A DNA stretch of 64,000 bases from Marsupella aquatica (GCA_973895155.1 OZ316898.1:8171079-8235078), one strand, 5' to 3'; shown: positions 11,103-25,190, counted from the first letter of the stretch. Translations and numbers: made by a program. The notes: a model not told the origin generated them from the letters alone.

Positions 11103-13487
11103 ATGACGACCTTCGACTTCGAGAATGTGCACGTTAGAGACCCTCCTCCGCCAGGGGATATGCTCTGGTACAAGGCTCACGGGTTGTTGATGTACGCTGC
11201 CTTCGCCGTGCTCTTTCCTCTGGGAGTCTTTGGCGTCAGATTTGCTCGCTATCATGTTCAGTTTCGCCATTGGTTCCAGTATCATTGGGTTTTACAGGTA
11301 TAAAATCATGCCTTGTTACTCTTCCTTAGCATTGTAATCATCGTGCATATACTTGCTCTGCTACAACTGCCGGTCAGTCCTGGCAATATCTTACAGCAAC
11401 GACCGGAGTAGCAGCGCATTGGATCTGAAAGACTAGAAGGGCTGTCGTGAGGTGCCCATAGATTTTAGTTTTCTGTTCACACCACAAATCTCTTCTCAAA
11501 TGTGGTGGGTATTTAGGCGATCTTCGGCCTTTCTTCCTATGCTCTGAATTAAATGAATCTTTTCATAGATGGTAATGAACAAGAATTGTTGCCCTCTTTA
11601 TCTGCTGATATGATGATTCAATGACTGACAAGCACGCAGCCGAATATTGTATCAGTCTGCAGAGGCCATCCTTAGAATACTGATAATCTATCAAGGTTGC
11701 CTAACTAAGTCAATGTGGCAGATGATTAAGTAGCAGTGTAGGCCTTCTTGTGCTGCAATATATCTACTGTTGTCTTCGAATAGTCACGATGTTAGGGGTG
11801 TGTTTCTAAGTAGACTGCATCCAGTAATTCGCCTCGTATTTGTATGGAAGAATCAAATATAAGAGTCTTTGTAAGTGCTTTGTGAGGGTTTTAGCAATGT
11901 GGCTGATGACAGTTATTGTACGTCATGCCGAAGCTTAGTTTGCTTGCGATCACGAGCTCCTCGTCGTGCGTGGCCTATCTTGAGCAGAACAATTCGGGCG
12001 TAGTCTTGCGTATATTAAGTATTTTCATCACTTACTACATTGTCAACTGAGCAGTTTACCGCGAGCTCAATGCTCGAACCACATCTTTTTCAGTACGCTA
12101 GACGAATATTGTAGCTGTTTCAGTATCCTGGACAAACTTCGTACCTGTAGTGATCTCCTGGCTACTCCCAGTGAAAGTAGAGCTCCTTGATTAAAAGCTA
12201 GGAGAGGATCGAGTCTCGTGCTCGTTGATCATGTGCTCTGGTTCCAGTTTGACCGAGAACTCGCAGATCTTGAGGTGATGGTTGTAGTAGTCTTTTCTGA
12301 CCGTCCGGTCCACTGTCATGCAGACGGTAGGAGTTTTCCTGTCGACAGGGGCGGTCAGCATTGCTCTGCGACAGTTCGAGAATACAAAGGAAACCACCCA
12401 CGGCTATATTGGTTTCGTGCTGACCTTTGTCATCTTGATCCAGCCCATTTGTGCCCTCTTCAGGCCCAACAAGTATGTACAATTGTGTTACTGTTCCCAC
12501 CGTGTGATTCAAGCGAGCCCGAGCCTGATTTTGTGTCGAGGACTTAGTTTTGTCTTACTAAGGGTAGGAAGATGGTGTTTCTCCTCTATAGAGCATGATG
12601 GCCTTTAATTTAGAGCTTGGATATTTTACTAACCGTGGAACTGTTGGTTCAAATGGAAACTTTGCAGGGATAGTGAATACAGGTGCTATTGGGAATTCAT
12701 GCACTGGATTGTCGGGACCGGGGGCATTATCCTTGGATGGGTGAATATCTATAAAGGTTTGGACGTTTATTTCGTCGACTGGCCCGGAGCTGGGAGTCAA
12801 CTGGTAAGCCCTTCTTCAACCGCCCTCCCTTTGATCCTCAGGAGGGTTCACTCTGTCCGGATCGTCACTTCATCCGTTAGTCTACTTCCTCTCTCACATT
12901 TTGAATTTTGAATTTCTCAAGTGTACCGTGACAGTTACTCGGTGGCCTCAATGCGATCAAGAATGCCAACTTCCCATCCGCAAGCACCTATGGCGTTGCC
13001 TCGGAAGTTCTTGTAGCAATAGTCTGGCATTGATGAAGTTTGCCGAGATTGATTCCGTCGCTTAGATAGAGTCCAGCCTATAATCTCATATCAACTACTG
13101 AATCCTGTTTCAAAGACACATCTCCAGTGGTTCATACGAACTGCTGGATACTCTTTGATGGCACGCCTAGCTTCCGTTCAAGAAACATCTCCGCAACACC
13201 TCATCTGTTCTTCCTAATCGATAGCGTAGATGTGATCATTTCATGCACAGCATCGCGATTTGAGGTGTTCCACAAGGGATGACGAATTGCTAACTAATAA
13301 TCGCTGTAATTGGCAGATCTTGACTGTTCTTTTCACAGTTCAAATTACCATCATCGGTTTCTTGTACCTTCTATTCGACCGGAAACACCGTGAAGGCCCA
13401 CATTATCCGGAGGGCAAGGACTCCATGGTACCATTGCTCATGTCGACCAGCAGCACCAAGGACAACCAGTTCCTGACCAGGGTGTAG
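11103..13487 (+). CDS. Cytochrome b561 domain protein (CYBDOM-type b561 domain without a DOMON domain)
   Basis: Exons 11103-11297, 12324-12472, 12668-12803 and 13317-13487 are all GT-AG and in phase. There are five hydrophobic helices and the four heme-ligand His residues (KAHGLLM, QYHWVLQ, TTHGYIG, FMHWIVG), plus the QP..ALFRP motif. Confidence 0.9.
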
Positions 13488-15348
13488 ACGACATTCTTCT
13501 TACGGTTGATGATCGGTCCTGAAAGGGAATCGGGGCGACGCTGATAGGAGATGTGGGTTTGTGTCCGTGCGCGGACTGCATTGGAGGATGCAGCCAATAC
13601 ATAGGAATAGTAGTTTCTATTATATAATCGAACTTGAGACGGTGATGGAACTGATGTAATCTGGAGGTGATCTTCTCTGCTGGAGGTTTCTTAGTATGCC
13701 ATTTATAATTCTAAGTATGGCATTCCTTCAGCCACGACTTGAAGTCTAAGTACTCGGTGTATTGTCATTCGCGCACTCACAGCAATTATTGAAACACCAT
13801 TTCTCGAACTTCTAGACTTCTATATGATTGATGCCAACTGATTGTACCCCCTCGCAAGTTTGCTTGCTCACAAGGTGGACGGACGTGTAGCCTATTACTG
13901 ATGTGCAACACGCGTGTATCTGACGCATCCCCACAGCCATAGGGTGCATATATGACATGATACATGTGTAAACTTACAGCCATGGAACCTAGATCTAACA
14001 TTATGAATCATGTCCATTGAATTGTCAGTCCAATATTCCGGTCTCGCTCAACCGGCTCCCAGACGTAATTGGAAAACCACTTGCCAAAAAGCACAATGCC
14101 TATGAGGAGAAATCAGTGAGGGGCCAACCTCTCTGCCATGATCCTACCATAGATTTAACCCATCTGCTGCAACTGTAGACAACATATGGACTAGGAGTTG
14201 TAACACGAATTCAAACGTTTTGTGAGAGTGAAATCAAAATGACAAAGGTGAAACAAGGCAAAACAGAGGGGTATGAAATTTGCTGCCCAATATTAAATGA
14301 TAGTAATACAGGTTCAGCATGGCGACGAATTGTCAGCCACATCTCATGATCATGTCCTACACTGATTGAGAAGGACTATCTTTTGCTTTGGCTAACTAGC
14401 GTGCCTTCCTGATAGTGGTGTTCCATGCCCTTCTTCTTATAGCGATGAGGCAAACGGGTGGGGGACAGCTCCAACCCCTGCATCATGGTTGAAAATTCAT
14501 GTTCATGCAACGCTCAGGTGGAACAAAATTGGAACAGCAATAGCCACGCGTGAGAAGGGTTTCTCACCATTGGCCTAGTGAGGCACTCTGGAGGTGATGA
14601 ACAACGCACCAACCCAAATTAATCATTAGCATTCATCCGACCAATACACGGGGGACATGCACGTTGATTTGTCAGGATTTACTTCATTTCAGAAGCATTT
14701 AATTTAAAGTACAAGCAAGTGGGGCAGACAACACAACCATGCCAATAATTAGCCTGTGTGGTCTTCACTAACAAAGATGACTTTCAGATCTCAGAAGTGA
14801 AACGCCTCTAAATTTCCTCTCTCCCTTTGCCTAATTCACTTACTGATGTAGACAATCACGAGCCCCACAGCTGTTTCTAAATCTTCTCAAACTACTACAA
14901 CGATGGCTGACTCTCATGTTCTGTAGCCTCCGGACTTGACTCTCTTGTCATGATGTTCATCGCCATCACTGTCCTTAAGGTTTTCAATTCCTTACTTTTG
15001 ACCCAACTAGTCAGAAGTATTGAGCTGCTGTTTCCATGATCATCAATCGTCGAGCCTAGACACACATGAGCAGGACTGTTAGAACTGCAAAGGATTACTT
15101 TCCTTCCTCGACTGAAGACTCCAAACTAGGACAACGCTGCATGGTATAATGTAATGAAGACCACCCTGTACTACAGAAGATGGTGTAGAATACATCTCTA
15201 AAAGCTTAACAACAAAGAGATAAATTTGAAAATCCTACTGCAACAAAGGATCGGCGTGGGTTTAAATCTAAACCATTGGGGCTAGAGAGTATTTTTGCTG
15301 ACGTCCGCACAATCAATGCTCGTCTGTGCAAGAATTTGATTTCGTTAC

Positions 15349-17170
15349 TCAGAGCCAAGCAGGGTGCTCCACTGGAATGCGCACGAGGTCTGTATCAAAA
15401 AGTTCAATAAACTGCAAGCCAATTGACAAGGAAATTTCAGAAGGCCCTCGGTCATATTCTCATGGATCATTCTACTCACAGCATCACACAAGACACGAAA
15501 GTCACATCCAAAGACTCAGCAAATGTATGTGCTTGGAAGGTTCACTGTCACATAGGATCTTAAGAGGCAACCATGAAAAGAACAACACTCAATGGTTTTA
15601 AGACGTTTTGAAATGCTACCATCCATAAAGTGGGGCTAAACACCAACGTGAGATCATGATGGCGATCCAAGGCAGTGCAGCAACCCAAACAAAAGAAAAA
15701 AAATTCCCGGCACATGAGGAGTGGCACACAGTACATTAATGTTTCCCAAAGAGGTTCAATTCACAGGAACTGCGGTTCACAATTCAACAACCTAGGGTGA
15801 CTGTAGGCAGCGGAAAGCTGATCTCGCGGTCCGTAAAACAGAAGCACAACTGTAGCAGGATCATGAAAAAATGGTAGACTTGGACAATGCACAGAAATGA
15901 GAGCATCTTCCAGGGTTCCATGAAAGTCAATCATTGAACTTGCTCTGATACCTGTTCATTTAGAAGTCGAACTTTACTTCCCGCATACCTCCGATACTCT
16001 TCAAATATTGCAGTCAAATTCCATCTTTGCAACTTTCTCAAACAGCCAATAACAGTACCTGCCTCCACAACGATGCACGCCAATTTCAGATTCATGGAGA
16101 CATAACTGAGGAGAAATGAATGTGTTGAAACGCGAGATATCATAGCGAGCGAAGATGAAGATCTAACTGAATCAAACCATAAGTAGGTCTTTTGCTATTC
16201 ACATACCTGTCCTATGCCTGCCCAAGTTGCACATAACATGCAGTGGATAATACTGAGGAGAGAGGATAACCTGCAAATGGAACACAGTATCAGTGCAGGA
16301 TCATTTCTTTCTTATTGTGACCTTCAACGCTGCATCCTGAGCTTTGTGCATCATGGAACGAGGCAAAGTATTGAATTGGTGCCCGTATAAACGTCGGATA
16401 CATCCTGTCCATGATTGTGAATGGACAGTAAACACTTTCGGAACAACATCGTATTTATATAAACACCAGAAGTGGATGAAGAAAAAAACCTTCAAGGCTG
16501 ATAGAACCTCGGCTTCCGACATCGGACTCGCAGGGTTGCTGGTTTGTTCATCACCTCCAGAGGGCCTCACTAGGTCAATGCCTTGATCCATAAGGAAATT
16601 CAAGCTGCAGCACAAAGCCCATTCAGACCTTCTCGTCGGGATGATCTCCGAAATTCAGAACATAAACGCATTTCACGGACCATAGTCGAACCAAACTTCA
16701 TTCATTCGGATTCAAGTACACTTGGCACTCAATGCCTATGGATCCCTGGCAAAGATAAAGCAACAAACCTTGGATCGGTACTGTTCGATACACGGGCATA
16801 TCCATCGGGACATTGTGTTGCCATAGGATAGCAGGCTCAAGGGAAAGATTTCCAAATTTCTGCAGCCCCTTTCCAGTGCCTCAGATAGGAGACAAATGGA
16901 AAGGAAAAAAGTACATGCACTCGAATTCTAGAACATGAGGGACAAAAACATGGCCATCACGAATCTGAGGTGCCGTGAATGAAAGAAATGGAGGTAGGGA
17001 AAGGGAAGAAGAGCATACAAGGGCTGGGAAGGCTCGTCATGCGAGAGGTATATGACAGTCCTCAGGTTGAGACGCTCCAGAAACGGGAAGTTCAGCTGAT
17101 GGCATTGCCCGGATCTGCTGAGGTCGTGCTCCACCATTCCATAATTGCAGGGGGGCACAAAATAGGACAT
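15349..17170 (-). CDS. PFA-DSP / Y_phosphatase2 family phosphatase, Oca1-like
   Basis: Exons 17170-17019, 16604-16490, 16270-16207, 16058-15952 and 15411-15349. The protein reads [87 protein letters not shown]. The CX5R P-loop is intact. Confidence 0.92.
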
Positions 17171-17536
17171 CTCCCTCAGCCCTTCCTGCAAATCCTTAAT
17201 CGTCACCCGCAGTATATTTGTGCCACTGTGCTTGCCACCACTAGTTCAGCAGCTCGCCCAGTCCCGCCCGCAAACTAATACGCCAACCTTAGAATCGTCA
17301 TAGCGGGACTGAGCTGGGGTCCGTCTGCTGCAGCACTGCCACGAAATTTCCACTCTCTTCGACGAGAAATCGAACAATCGATTGTGGGTTGCTTCGTTCG
17401 GTTCCCTCCCGACCGAATTCGAGTCTCACCGCACCCATTAATGCCCTGGAGTGTGTACAGTTTTGTCCCTCAAGGGAGCTTTCAACATGACGACCCTCTT
17501 TCCTTTCCTTTCCATTCCTTTCCTTTTGTTTGGAGG

Positions 17537-17667
17537 CAAACAAAAGGTTGTGTCTATCTTTTCCGGCCGTCCGTGCAGGAGCCCTAATAATAACAAAGTA
17601 TCCAAACAAAAGGTCGTGTCTATCTTTTCCGGCCGTCAGGGCAGGAGCCCTAATAATCACAAAGTAT
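17537..17667. repeat. ~66-bp tandem duplication upstream of the phosphatase gene
   Basis: CAAACAAAAGGT.GTGTCTATCTTTTCCGGCCGTC.G.GCAGGAGCCCTAATAAT.ACAAAGTAT occurs twice. Confidence 0.9.
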
Positions 17668-19886
17668 TCAATATTCCTACACTAATTATACTTAGAGCCA
17701 ACTCGCATATGAGTAGCCCTTAACCTTACTCTCATGCTAGCATATCTTCTACAACTATATTAAAGGATCCCGTTTTTTTTCTTTTTCGTCCTAGTACAAA
17801 AAAACTCTCAAAAAACTCTTGGGCAGGAAAGATACACATTCATTGGATTCGATTAGCTGTTTCCCCTAACCATTGATGGAAAATATGTGCCTTCCCGCTG
17901 CCCCATAAATGCCCCAGCCCAACTCCCTATAGGCCAGCCCTCCTTGCACAGTGCAACGCACTGGCATAGGGCTCATAAGTGATAAATCAGGTGCACCAGG
18001 ACGCACGGCAAAATTTTTGGGGTTCAATTGCTCTGAACTTTTGGGCACTTGAGGGACCCACCTAAAACACTTTTAAAGTAAAGTGTGCCAAGGAAGGAGG
18101 GACACGACCAGCCTTTGGCACTTGACACAGCATACTTTTTCCCAATCATTTGGCAAGCGCTGAGGGCCGCAATGCTGAGGGCTGCGACATGCAAGTTAGC
18201 TTTTAGGGTGTTCACCATAATTAGTGCTGCGACATGCAAAGTGGCTTTTGGGGTGTACACCATAATAAGTGTTAGCCACACTAATTTAAGAGAGTGATTA
18301 TGCTGGGCTCTCCTCATCAATTTAATGTTACAATAATTTTGTTATAACACTACTTCCTAGCACATGAGGTGTCACTTTGGACTATTTTGGGCTCTGCTCA
18401 TGAGTTGATGTTACTCAAATTAATTTTGTTATAATACTATTTTTTTGCTGGGTGAAGTTGTGTTACTTTGGACTCAAGAGCATAAATCAAGTTGCCTCCC
18501 ATTTCATAGCTTGACTATCATAGTAACCTGAGATTGTGTGCAATTGGTTTGCTGACACATTGATTTAGTGATTGGCTGGTGCTAACCCCCTCCAATTGCA
18601 CCTTCACCCTGGACCAGCTTCCCCCATCCGACACTTTCTGAAATCCAGGGCTATGAGCAAAAACTATTGAGTTTTTGTCCCCTCATTTCCTTCACTTAAC
18701 AGTTTGAGGGGATTAGTTGGATAAATTATGAGCCACCATGTGTCACCAGCTCAATAATATGTCATTACAGGGTTACTAGTCTACTGTGGTTAAGCTATTC
18801 CACTCACAAAATGGGGGGCAACCTGACGAGTGATGCATATAAGACGGTTAAAGGACACATCGCCTGCAGTACATTCCCAGGGAGAATGAAGATGTATCAA
18901 TGAAAAGGTCCAAGATCCTAAAGACCAGAAAGTCGCAATGACGACGTAGGGATCTCATACCTTTGCGCCTTTTGTGCCTCAACAAATAAAAGTGGTTCAG
19001 CAGAGTTGTGAGTAATTAGACAGAACATCACATCTCGCTTCCCTTGGGCTGCTAGACCTACAGATGACTTCACTTGCAAGTAGTAGCAGGCATTATAATT
19101 GAGGACGGTTGGCAGTTTTAAATTAGAAACTTCTAAAACCAATATCCAGAATGCAATGGTCAAATTCCCACCACTTCTATCTGTTCATCCATGTCATTGA
19201 ATATTTTGATCCCTAACGCACCCAAAACGCAATCGGATGCCTGCGTTAAAATAATCGAGAGTTCGCCCACCACAAGAGCTTAGGACATGAAAGAATGCAA
19301 AAGACGACTAACTTATCAAGCACTCCATCGTTCAACACTTTATCGGCACCCAAAGCCTCAATCGGATCCCTGCGGACATAAATTTAGGATTTCACCAACG
19401 ACAAGGAAGTGGCTTAACGATACGCCTTGGAAATGAAAGAATGTCTACCGACGATTAATTTATCAACCACTTAAACATCAAGGAGTGAACGGAACTGATC
19501 TAATGCTGACTTTTGTTACAGAAAATAGCTTCCTTCATGCACATCACGAGCAAGAAACAATGGATAAGGTTCTTGCCACAGCGAAACAATCAAGCTGGCC
19601 AAATGAGGCAAATTTCTGTACAGTAATAGGAGATGAATGATGAAAGCTTGGCGCTTGTTCACCAGGCTCCTCCCTCCAAGTTGTTTGGAACTAGATGACT
19701 TCATTTTCATTCTTGAACCTAACTATCAACAGGTAACCCGAAATGATTCGACTTATGGTACATCAAAAATCGAGGCAATCATTGCCCAACAACTCCTCGT
19801 AATAATGCCTGTCTGCTGCTCACTGACTGACCACCCACCAAGTTGGCCCAAAATAGTGAATCAATAAATGAACCATATACACCCGT

Positions 19887-22800
19887 TCATTGGGTTGGCA
19901 CCACTGAAGGAGCTGGGTTCTGACCGCTGCCCAATTGTTCTGATACGGATGGCACATTTGTGGCACTAGTAAGCCCAGCCTTAGGAGCGCTGGCTTCTTC
20001 AGGAGAAGCGGTGACTTCTTCAGTCTTCCCTTGGCCATTGGCATTGACGTTGGCAGGGTTCTCGTAGTATCCACTCTTCACCTTCTCCCTATAGTCTAGA
20101 AACTCTCTCTTGAACCTCTCTTTGTCTTCCTCGCCTCGCTGTTGATAGGGCTGCAAGCTCAAACAAAAACACCGTTTTTAGAACCAAACCCAACACCTAA
20201 ATTCGTCATAGAACTGAGATAGCAGTGACATCCAGAAACAATGAAGACGTCTCAGTCGTGAGGATTGCCGGAGCGGTATAGCCTTTGATAGCAACATATC
20301 TGTGAAAATTCGGAGCTACTTCTTTTCCCAACCCATTTTCTAATTTCTAGAGGATGCGGAACGGATTTACTGGTTGACAAAACAAGTCGTGGAAATCTCA
20401 AGAATGACGACGCCTAAGTGAGATCAGTCTAGATGGACGGACCACAACCCTCCTCAAGTCCTCCGCTTCTAAAAACATAAATCATTTCAAAACGGATTGA
20501 AGAACTACTTAGTCGAAGATGATTCCTAATCTGAAAGTTCACCGCGAACCTCCTATCTCCAGAAGAAAACGCAGAGGAGCTACTTTTCCTCAACCGCATG
20601 ACTAAAATGTAATGCTTCGTCCTTGGCAATGGTGATACAAAAAAATGATAATAAATTGTGGAGATCAGCTGTCTCTGTGAAAGAATAGTTACCAGCTTCC
20701 ACTCTTTAATCCTCTGCTATTTGTGGCTAGGAAATACCATCGGGACTCACCAGTTTTTCCTCCTCAGTAAGCCCATTCCAAGCCTCGCCTATCATTCGAC
20801 TGATTTCTCTGTCCTTGTCAGGATGGAGTGCTTTCAAACGCTGCCGCTGTTCTGCGAAAAAGAAATTGTACCCTGTTCGGTTTGGTCTTGGAGCATTCGG
20901 ATCCTTTTTGGGCATCTCTTCCTTCTTCCGTCTCTTGCGACGGGTCTGTATCTCTCCGCCAGCTCTACCAACCTCAGCACTCATTGAATTCAGAAGACCA
21001 GGTAAAGAAGCGTATTGGGTTCTATTGCCTTGAGGAACATGGTACAATACACCCTTCAGCTTCTCTCCTCCAACAACCATTGTGACCAGGTACCCAAATT
21101 CAAGTTTCCCTTCAATTGCACCAACGACAGTGGATCCGATTGCTCCTGCTGGGTCCACTGCAACAGCAGGTAACAACAACCAACACGCAATCAATCTGCA
21201 GATATTTGATCCCATAGCGGACCTACCAAAAGGATCTTTTTAAAGACATGCTAACATGAGAAATTACGATTCAGAAATATACAGTGGAAAAGAAAAATGA
21301 AATACAAACTTAAGACCGGAAAGATCCAGTACTTCATCTGGAATTCACACAAATGAGAAGCGAAAATTTGCTGGATTTTATCAGAAGGGGCTGCTGAGCT
21401 TACTTGCGGGAAACTGTGGTTGCTGTATCCTTCGCTTCCTCACCCGCTTCCTCACAGGTGGATCGACACCTTCTGAAACAGCTGAATCACCAGGTTGCAC
21501 AGATGGGCTGGACCCAGATAAAGCTGCTGCATCGTAGTTTATTCTTATTTGATCAGGTTTGCTAACGTTTAAATGCTGATTCCCTTTAAGGTTACAGCCT
21601 AACATATTAAGTTACGCCGCACTTTAGTCTTCTTAGGGGAGAGCAGCACAAGTGACTAAAAAAACTAATTGACCTTCAAAATTCTTTCGTGAATACTTTC
21701 AAGGACCAAAAAATTCAATGATAAAGGCAATGGCTTAATTACCTGGAGGAGTGAGAACCGAGCCAGTCGCTCCGTTCCTGTACACTTGCTCGTAATGAAA
21801 TAACAACGTGATGTAATACTTGCGGAGAACATAAGAAGCGCTTGTCGTTGTACGAGGTAAGTCAAAGACCAGAGTGATTTCTTTCCATTTCCTGTCCCTT
21901 ATCACCTGAACAAAAGAACCAAATCAAAAGACATTAGAGATGGACGACGAATAATCTCCTACATCAAAAGTCAATGAACGCACTCAACAAAAAAGCCAGC
22001 TGATATCTAACTGAGCGAATCATGTGGCACCTGGACAACGGACTAAATTTGATTGAATGAAAGTCATAGAACAGGGCAAAGAAGGAGAAAACTAACCGCC
22101 TGCAATCCACCGCGGGAAGACACTTCCCGATAAAGTAGGTGCACGTCAAGATCCTTCCCACCCATCTTAGGAATCCTGCGACGACCGTTCATTGTCAACT
22201 TGAAGCCATCGACAAACATAGGTACCTGCTCCTATACCTATGCAGGTGCCTCGGGGCACAGATTGTCTTTCTAAAGGGATTTCTAACCCAACGCATTAGC
22301 TATGGATGCGCACTCGTCTAGTGACGCAAAAACACAGGAAAAAATCACTACAGGGTTTACATCCATCCTCGAACGGCTAGCAAAATTTGATGCGACGTTT
22401 GACGTGAACGAAGCGCTGTAATGGTAGAGCGTCCTCCTTGCAGAACTTATGACAGACAGCAGGCAGGAGCTTCGCCCAAACGACCTCCTCGCGGCTACGC
22501 TGTTGGGGGAACAAAGGCGACAACCCTTCCGACACGAGTACTGACCTCCGTAATTACCAGACACTGACCTACCTTATATTTGAAGGTAGCTGCGAAGGGG
22601 CATTACTAGTGCTTTAAAACTCCGACATGGGTACCTACTAAGACTATTACGGTCGGTATGGTAGCTACAAGAGGATCAGCCGGCCCATAAAATTGGTCTG
22701 GCTTCACCTCTTCAGTCATATGTCAACGTGAAGAACCTCTGTTCCGTTGCGTCAAGAAGAAAGGTCACAGACCGGAGATCAAGAAACAGTTCTTTCGAGC

Positions 22801-23297
22801 ACGAACACATGACATGTGAAAGGAACGAAACCCACGACAGCTCGTCCTAACAGAAACAGAACTACATTGCGTGCAGTAAGAATCCAAATGGCTGGACAAC
22901 AGAACAATGCAGGTGGGCAAGCATTTCCATGCTCGCTTTCACAGAGGCATAAGCGTTCATGGGAGCAAGAAAGTTGTACTCACGTCGGTCTGGTTTTCAA
23001 GGCTGTATGAAAGCTGTAAAATGTCTCCATGAAGAGCGTCTCGTCGGCAAGAACAGCCTCATGAGTGGCCAGCGGCTTCGGATAAGCACCGTGGGGAGTC
23101 GTTTGCCTTGGAGACAGAGTCATTGTAGTAGTAGGCGATGCGACGGACGAGGAGGGTGCAGCAGCGACAGCAGGAAGAGCAGGAGCTGGTGTGGCTGGAG
23201 CTCGATCTGCAGAGTCATGCTTTGGTTCTTCCTTGACACCATCCGGTGGCACGGCTTGCTGCACCGTAGCAGCGACTGGTTCTTCCTTTGCTGCCAT
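19887..23297 (-). CDS. ARID-HMG box protein (HMGB9/10/11/15-like)
   Basis: Exons 23297-22984, 22175-22097, 21905-21743, 21526(or 21523)-21404, 21157-20751 and 20150-19887. ARID motifs are IPKMGGKDLDVHLLYREVSSRGG and RKWKEIT..TSASYVLRKYYITLLFHYEQVY. The middle block is GAIEGKLEFGYLVT..LKGVLYH. The HMG box reads DPNAPRPNRTGYNFFFAEQR..IGEAWNGLTEEEK..PYQ..DKERF. Confidence 0.95.
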
Positions 23298-24069
23298 GGA
23301 AAAACACTCTTCTCGAGCAGCAGCAGCTACAACCTTTTTCGCGCCTCAGCAATACAGTGCGACATGCAAAAACGGCCCTCCTCCTCACTCAGGTCCAATT
23401 CCACTCCTGCTACTACAGCAGAGTGCACCACTCCGCGTTCTCTCCTCCAAACAAAATTATTAAAAAAAAAACACTCCTCTCCTTTCCTCAACACCAAGAA
23501 CCCGAGAGACGAGCGCGAAATCAATCACCTCACTCAACCAGTCACTAGTCACCCCACCCTTCTTTTCTGCGCCTCTAGCTTCGAGAAAAGCTCCGCAAGA
23601 AAATACAAACTCAAATTATCGTCACTCCGAGCTCCTTTCACTAAAGAACAAGACCCTTCCAGAGCCCCAAAAAACGGTCACTGGAATCACAGCGCCTCCG
23701 CCTCCGCCTCCTCTCCCCTAACACTCAATCAATTCGACGCCCGACCACAAAACGAGCGACGGCGAAAGCACAAAGGCCGAAATTAAGCCACAGCGCAAAT
23801 CAAACTCGACGGGGTCGGCACCCTACCGCTGCTCCTCTCCTTCGCTCACGGCTCTCTGCTCTCTGCTCCAAATGGACCCAATGGACCCAATGGACCCAAT
23901 CAAAAGGCCTCGCTCAACGCCTCAATCAGAAGGGTTGTTGGGCTTTGCAAATTTATTAATATTAATGCTTTCCAGCACCACTAGTCCACTACGCTAGTAC
24001 AGTGCAAGTGCGCGTCGCCCGCCTCCAAAGCCAGGGCCTCCTTCTTGATCCACCACGGGATTTCTTACT

Positions 24070-25190
24070 TCCTACCTTGCAAAGCGTGAATGAGGGAGGA
24101 GGGAGAGCCCTCCACAGCACAAAAATGGTGGAGGTCGGGAAATCATAGGGTTTGTTTGCTTGGGAGGGTGTCATTAAAAATGGTGGAGGTTGGAAAATGG
24201 TAGGGTTTGTTTGCTTGGGAGGCAGTCAGAAAAAATGGTGCAGGTTTGTTTGCTTGGGAGGTGGCCGCCAAAAATGGTGGAGGTTGGAAAATGGTACGGT
24301 TTGTTTGCTTGGGAGGTGGTCATTAAAAATGGTGGATGTTGGAAAATGGTAGAGTTTGTTTGGTTGGGAGGAGGTCATCAAAATTTATGTTGAAGGTTGG
24401 AAAATGGTAGGTTTTGTTTGCTTGGGAGTCTTCATAAAAATGGTGGATGATGGAATATGGTAGCGTTTGTTTGCTTTGGGAAGCGGGTATCCCAATCCTT
24501 GTCTCAATTGTCTGGATTTATTTCTGACCCTTAGATCTCCCTAGATTTAAGGAGAGCTGTTAGATTGTGGCTAATGGACCTTGTGGCCAATGTTAGAAGC
24601 AGGTGGTAAGAATGTTTCATAATATAGAGTTTCTAGATTTAGTCCTAACCAATAGATCTCCTTCTCTTTAAAGAGATTCGTTAGATTGTGGCTACTGGAC
24701 CTTGTGACTTGGTGGGAAACCCTGGGAAACTGGCCCAAATTTTTCCCTAAAATGGCCACAGATTCTGACTTATGCTGAATTTCTCTGCCAGATTTTGGCC
24801 ACTAGGAAAATTCTGGTCATGTGGTCCAACCTTCTCTTCCTCTCTTCCAACAAGAGTGCCTACCTTGCAAAGTGTGAGAGCGAGCCCTCCCACAAAAACG
24901 TTGGTAGAGGTTGTTTGCTTGGAGAAAATGATAGGTTTGCTTGCTTGGCCTACTGGTCAACATGAGTTGTTAAATTGTCCCTCGTGCTCTGTGTGAAGAC
25001 AAATGCTGAGAATATTTGTTTATTTTGTATATTTGTTTCTGACCATTCTATCTCCCTGGATTTAAAGGGAGCTGTCAGATTGTCACTAATGGACCTTGTG
25101 GCATAGTGGGAACCTGCCAATGAGACCCAAAATTTGTGGCAAAAAGTTCTGATGAGGGTGCAATTTCTCTGGCAGAATTGCCGGAAGAAA
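24070..25190. repeat. ~55-bp minisatellite within a larger duplicated block
   Basis: About 7 copies of AAAAATGGTGGAGGTTGGAAAATGGTAGGGTTTGTTTGCTTGGGAGG lie at 24121-24480. The flanking segments TACCTTGCAAAG.. and TTCTGACC..GGAGCTGT.AGATTGT..TGGACCTTGTG recur at 24860-25110. Confidence 0.85.

Noticed and set aside
22959-23786. 275-aa + strand ORF
   Set aside because: It is the antisense shadow of ARID-HMG exon 1 and its leader.
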